A stretch of 64,000 nt of DNA from Anolis carolinensis. Lineage: Eukaryota. Position 1 is the stretch's first letter. Each line of letters begins with the position of its first letter. The notes under the pieces were generated by a model. The model was not told where the DNA came from. It saw only the letters and a list, made by a program, of their open reading frames with translations, and did no database searches. Both the position numbers and the translations under genes were made by a program. This document shows, piece by piece, positions 61,436-64,000 of this stretch. The stretch lies in NCBI RefSeq assembly GCF_035594765.1, contig NW_026943845.1, forward strand, positions 186,001 through 250,000, read 5' to 3'.

Positions 61436-61800
61436 GGCCTTTAGATCTTGCAAGAGCAAGATGATGATAAAGAGGAGGAGGAGGATGATGATGATGATGA
61501 TGATGATGGGCCTTTAGGTCTTGCAAGAGCAAGATGATGATGATGATGATGATGAGGATGATGATGGGCCTTTGGTTCTTGCAAGAGCAAGACGACGATG
61601 ATGATGATGATGATGATGATGATGGGGGTGATGAAGAAGGGCCTTTGGGTCTTGCAAAGGTACCCCCTCTTTCCTGATGAGGAGGATGATGGTGATGATG
61701 ATTAGTGAGGAAGGCCATACATAGTGACGAAGGGGCCTGGGTCTTGCAAGAGCAGCTTCCCCCCTTTTCTTGCCTGTGATGATGATGATGATGGTGATGA
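60300..61800. repeat. composite tandem array of two short motifs separated by (GAT)n runs
   Basis: GGGCCTTTGGGTCTTGCAAGAGCAAG and GGGCCTTTGGGTCTGGCCATGGCT between GAT/GAG tracts. Confidence 0.9.
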
Positions 61801-61814
61801 AGGGGCCTCTGCAG

Positions 61815-62086
61815 ACTAGGACGCAGTGGAACAATGGCTTCAAACTACAGGAAAGGAGATTCCACCAGAACATCTGGAAGAACTTCCTCACAGTGAGAAG
61901 GGCTGTTCACCAGTGGAACTCTCTGCCCCGGACTGTGGTAGAGGCTCCTTCTTTGGAGGCTTTTAAGCAGAGGCTGGATGGGCATCTGTCGGGGGTGCTT
62001 TGAATGCAATTTCCTGCTTCTCGGCAGAACGGGGTTGGACTGGATGGCCCATGAGGTCTCTTCCAACTCTAGGATTCTAGGATTCT
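61815..62086 (+). mobile_element. CR1 LINE 3' end
   Basis: NGFKLQERRF...KNFLTVR...WNSLP...VVEAPSLEAFKQRLDGHL and a TTCCAACTCTAGGATTCTAGGATTCT tail; smaller CR1 3' fragments occur throughout the window. Confidence 0.9.
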
Positions 62087-62195
62087 GCGTCCCTTGGTTC
62101 CTGGACCCGTGCCTGGCCTCTGTGATGGACTGGATTTCTTTATCGTGTCAGAAGCAAACTGAGGGGGCAAGTATGAGGGTGCAAGTTGTCAGGCA

Positions 62196-63040
62196 CAGTA
62201 GAGTCATGCGCGGTAGAGTCACGCACGGCAGAGTCATGCGTGGCAGTCATGCGTGGCAGAGTCTTGCGCAGGATAGAGTCATGCGCAGTAGAGACATGCG
62301 CGGTAGAGTCATGCGTGGTAAGTCATGCGCGGTAGAGTCATGCGTGGTAGAGTAATGGCAGTGGAGTCATGCGCGGTGGAGTCATGGTGGCAGAGTCATG
62401 CGTGGTAGAGTCATGGCGGTAGAGTCATGGCGGTAGAGCCATGCGCGGTAGAGCCATGCGTGGTAGAGTCATGCGTAGAAGAGTCATGCGTGGAACAGTC
62501 ATGCACGGTAGAGTCATGCGCAGCAGTCATGCATGGCAGAGTCATGCACGGTAGAGTCATGGTGGTAGAGTCATGCGTGGTAGAGTCATGCGTAGAAGAG
62601 TCATGAGTGGAAGAGTCATGCACGTTAGAGTCATGCGTGGTAGAGTCATGGCGATAGTCATGGCGGCAGAGTCATGCTTGGTAGAGTCATGGCAGTGGAG
62701 TCAATGCGCAGTAGAGTCATGGCGGTAGAGCCATGCGTGGCAGAGTCATGCGTAGAAGAGTCATGCGTGGAAGAGTCATGCAAGTTAGAGTCATGCGCAG
62801 CAGAGTCATGCGCGGCAGAGTCATGGCGGCAGATTCATATGCGGCAGAGTCATGCGCGGCAGAGTCATGTGTGGTAGAGTCATGGTGGCAGATTCATATG
62901 CGGTAGAGTCATGCGCGGCAGAGTCATGGCAGTAGACTCATGCGCGGCAGAGTCATGGTGGTACAGTCATAGCAGTAGAGTCATGGCGGTAGAGTCATGG
63001 GCGGTAGAGTCATGCGCAGCAGAGTCTCGCTTATCCAACA
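62196..63040. repeat. 14-15-bp minisatellite (AGAGTCATGCGCGGT) inside a mariner MITE terminus
   Basis: starts CAGTAGAGTC and ends AGAGTCTCGCTTATCCAAC. Confidence 0.85.
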
Positions 63041-63750
63041 GGTTGCAGAAAACAGTGGAAAGAAAGAGGAGAGAAGAAGAGAAAGGCTTCCCAAAAAAAA
63101 ATCCAGATCTGGGCTCTTCCTGAAACATAGAAAGCAATGCTTCATGTGAATCACTATCTGTGGGACTGAAGGGTGTCCTGCATTGGGTTGGTTCTGCTGC
63201 TCCAAGGCTGCCTTTTTGGCAAGACGGGCCGGGCCGGGCCCTTGGCTTTGACCGGTTTGCTCCCTTTTCTCTTTGGCCTTCTTCAGCCTCCGGTACGGTT
63301 TCCGTGGAAACGCCGAGCATGGGCTGTTGCCATGGGAACCGGGGATTTTTAAGGGGAAGGAGGCTGGACCCTCTTCCTCCTCCTGCAGCAAACAGTTTGG
63401 AGAAACATTGCAAGGAATTTGCAAGAAAGCGTTCTTTTCTTTTGGAAAAGACGCGGGAAAGGCGATGGACTGGGGTCCGATTAAAACGGCATAAGATATA
63501 TATATATATCTTTTGCCATTTTAATTGGGCCCAAATCCATCCCGTTTCTGTTTCTTTTCCGATATGTTTGAAAATTATTTGCAGAACTGGACTCATCAGT
63601 CAAGGCTAAGGCTGCTGGTCTGAATAATGCCGCTTGCAACGTATGGATCTGCATGCATTGAACCCGTCAATGGTGCCCTTGCCTTACCACCCATTTGCAA
63701 AGTGCATTACTAGTAATGATAATGATAATAATAATAATAATAATAATAAT

Positions 63751-63990
63751 ATCAAAAATCAGAAACTCCTCTAAGCACAGCAGACAAAGAATCAGTACAA
63801 GAAAACCGCACTACAAACTAGAGCTGACAGCTGGCACAACAAAACATTGCATGGAAAGTTCCTTGACAAAATTGAAGGAAAAGCTGATGAGGAGAAGACC
63901 TGACTATGGCTCACAAATGGGACCCTGAAGAAGGAGACAAAAGGCCTGATCCTTGCAGCCCAGGAGCAAGCCATCAGGACAACGGCAATT
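63751..63990 (+). mobile_element. R4/Dong internal fragment between (TAA)n tracts
   Basis: highly similar to 16401-16638. Confidence 0.85.
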
Positions 63991-64000
63991 AATAATAATA

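Noticed and set aside
58994-61891. His/Ser/Phe-rich ORFs of 200-540 aa
   Set aside because: Purine-rich low complexity, N gaps and (GAT)n arrays; only 60146-60250 is a credible exon.
63060-63700. TMEM145 exon 2 or an RE1 site
   Set aside because: The expected DWVFLTRFCF-like peptide was not found, and TTCAGCCTCCGGTAC is a poor RE1 match.

Overview
Vertebrate genomic DNA, inferred to be a squamate reptile (Anolis-like) from the Sauria-type SINE, the TLR21 gene and the repeat repertoire. Three assembly gaps (31410-31537, 59180-59327, 59764-59897). I assembled five spliced genes by hand from GT-AG boundaries and recognised peptides: the 5' end of ARHGEF1 (minus, runs off the left edge), complete CD79A (plus, 5 exons, 277 aa), PRR19 (plus, 3 coding exons, ~676 aa), TLR21 (minus, 2 coding exons, 966 aa) and TMEM145 exon 1 (plus). 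The rest is transposon debris (R4/Dong, RTE and CR1 LINEs, Penelope, Helitrons, Tc1/mariner, pogo-like and hAT MITEs, solo LTRs, SINEs) and many local tandem arrays. Best leads: (1) five diverged LTR-like elements keep a reading frame ending in an RRSxR(I/L)AxK/R motif resembling the HMGN nucleosome-binding core; (2) an intron splits one LRR of TLR21 and its donor region is tandemly duplicated; (3) a near-perfect REST/RE1 site lies inside the TLR21 signal-peptide codons; (4) a minisatellite of DR4 nuclear-receptor elements follows the PRR19 stop codon; (5) Penelope minimal hammerhead ribozymes lie sense to the ARHGEF1 pre-mRNA; (6) CD79A has a ~50-aa N-terminal extension; (7) gene order differs from human 19q13.2. 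Orthology calls and comparisons come from remembered sequences, not database searches. No prokaryote-type system (CRISPR etc.) is present.
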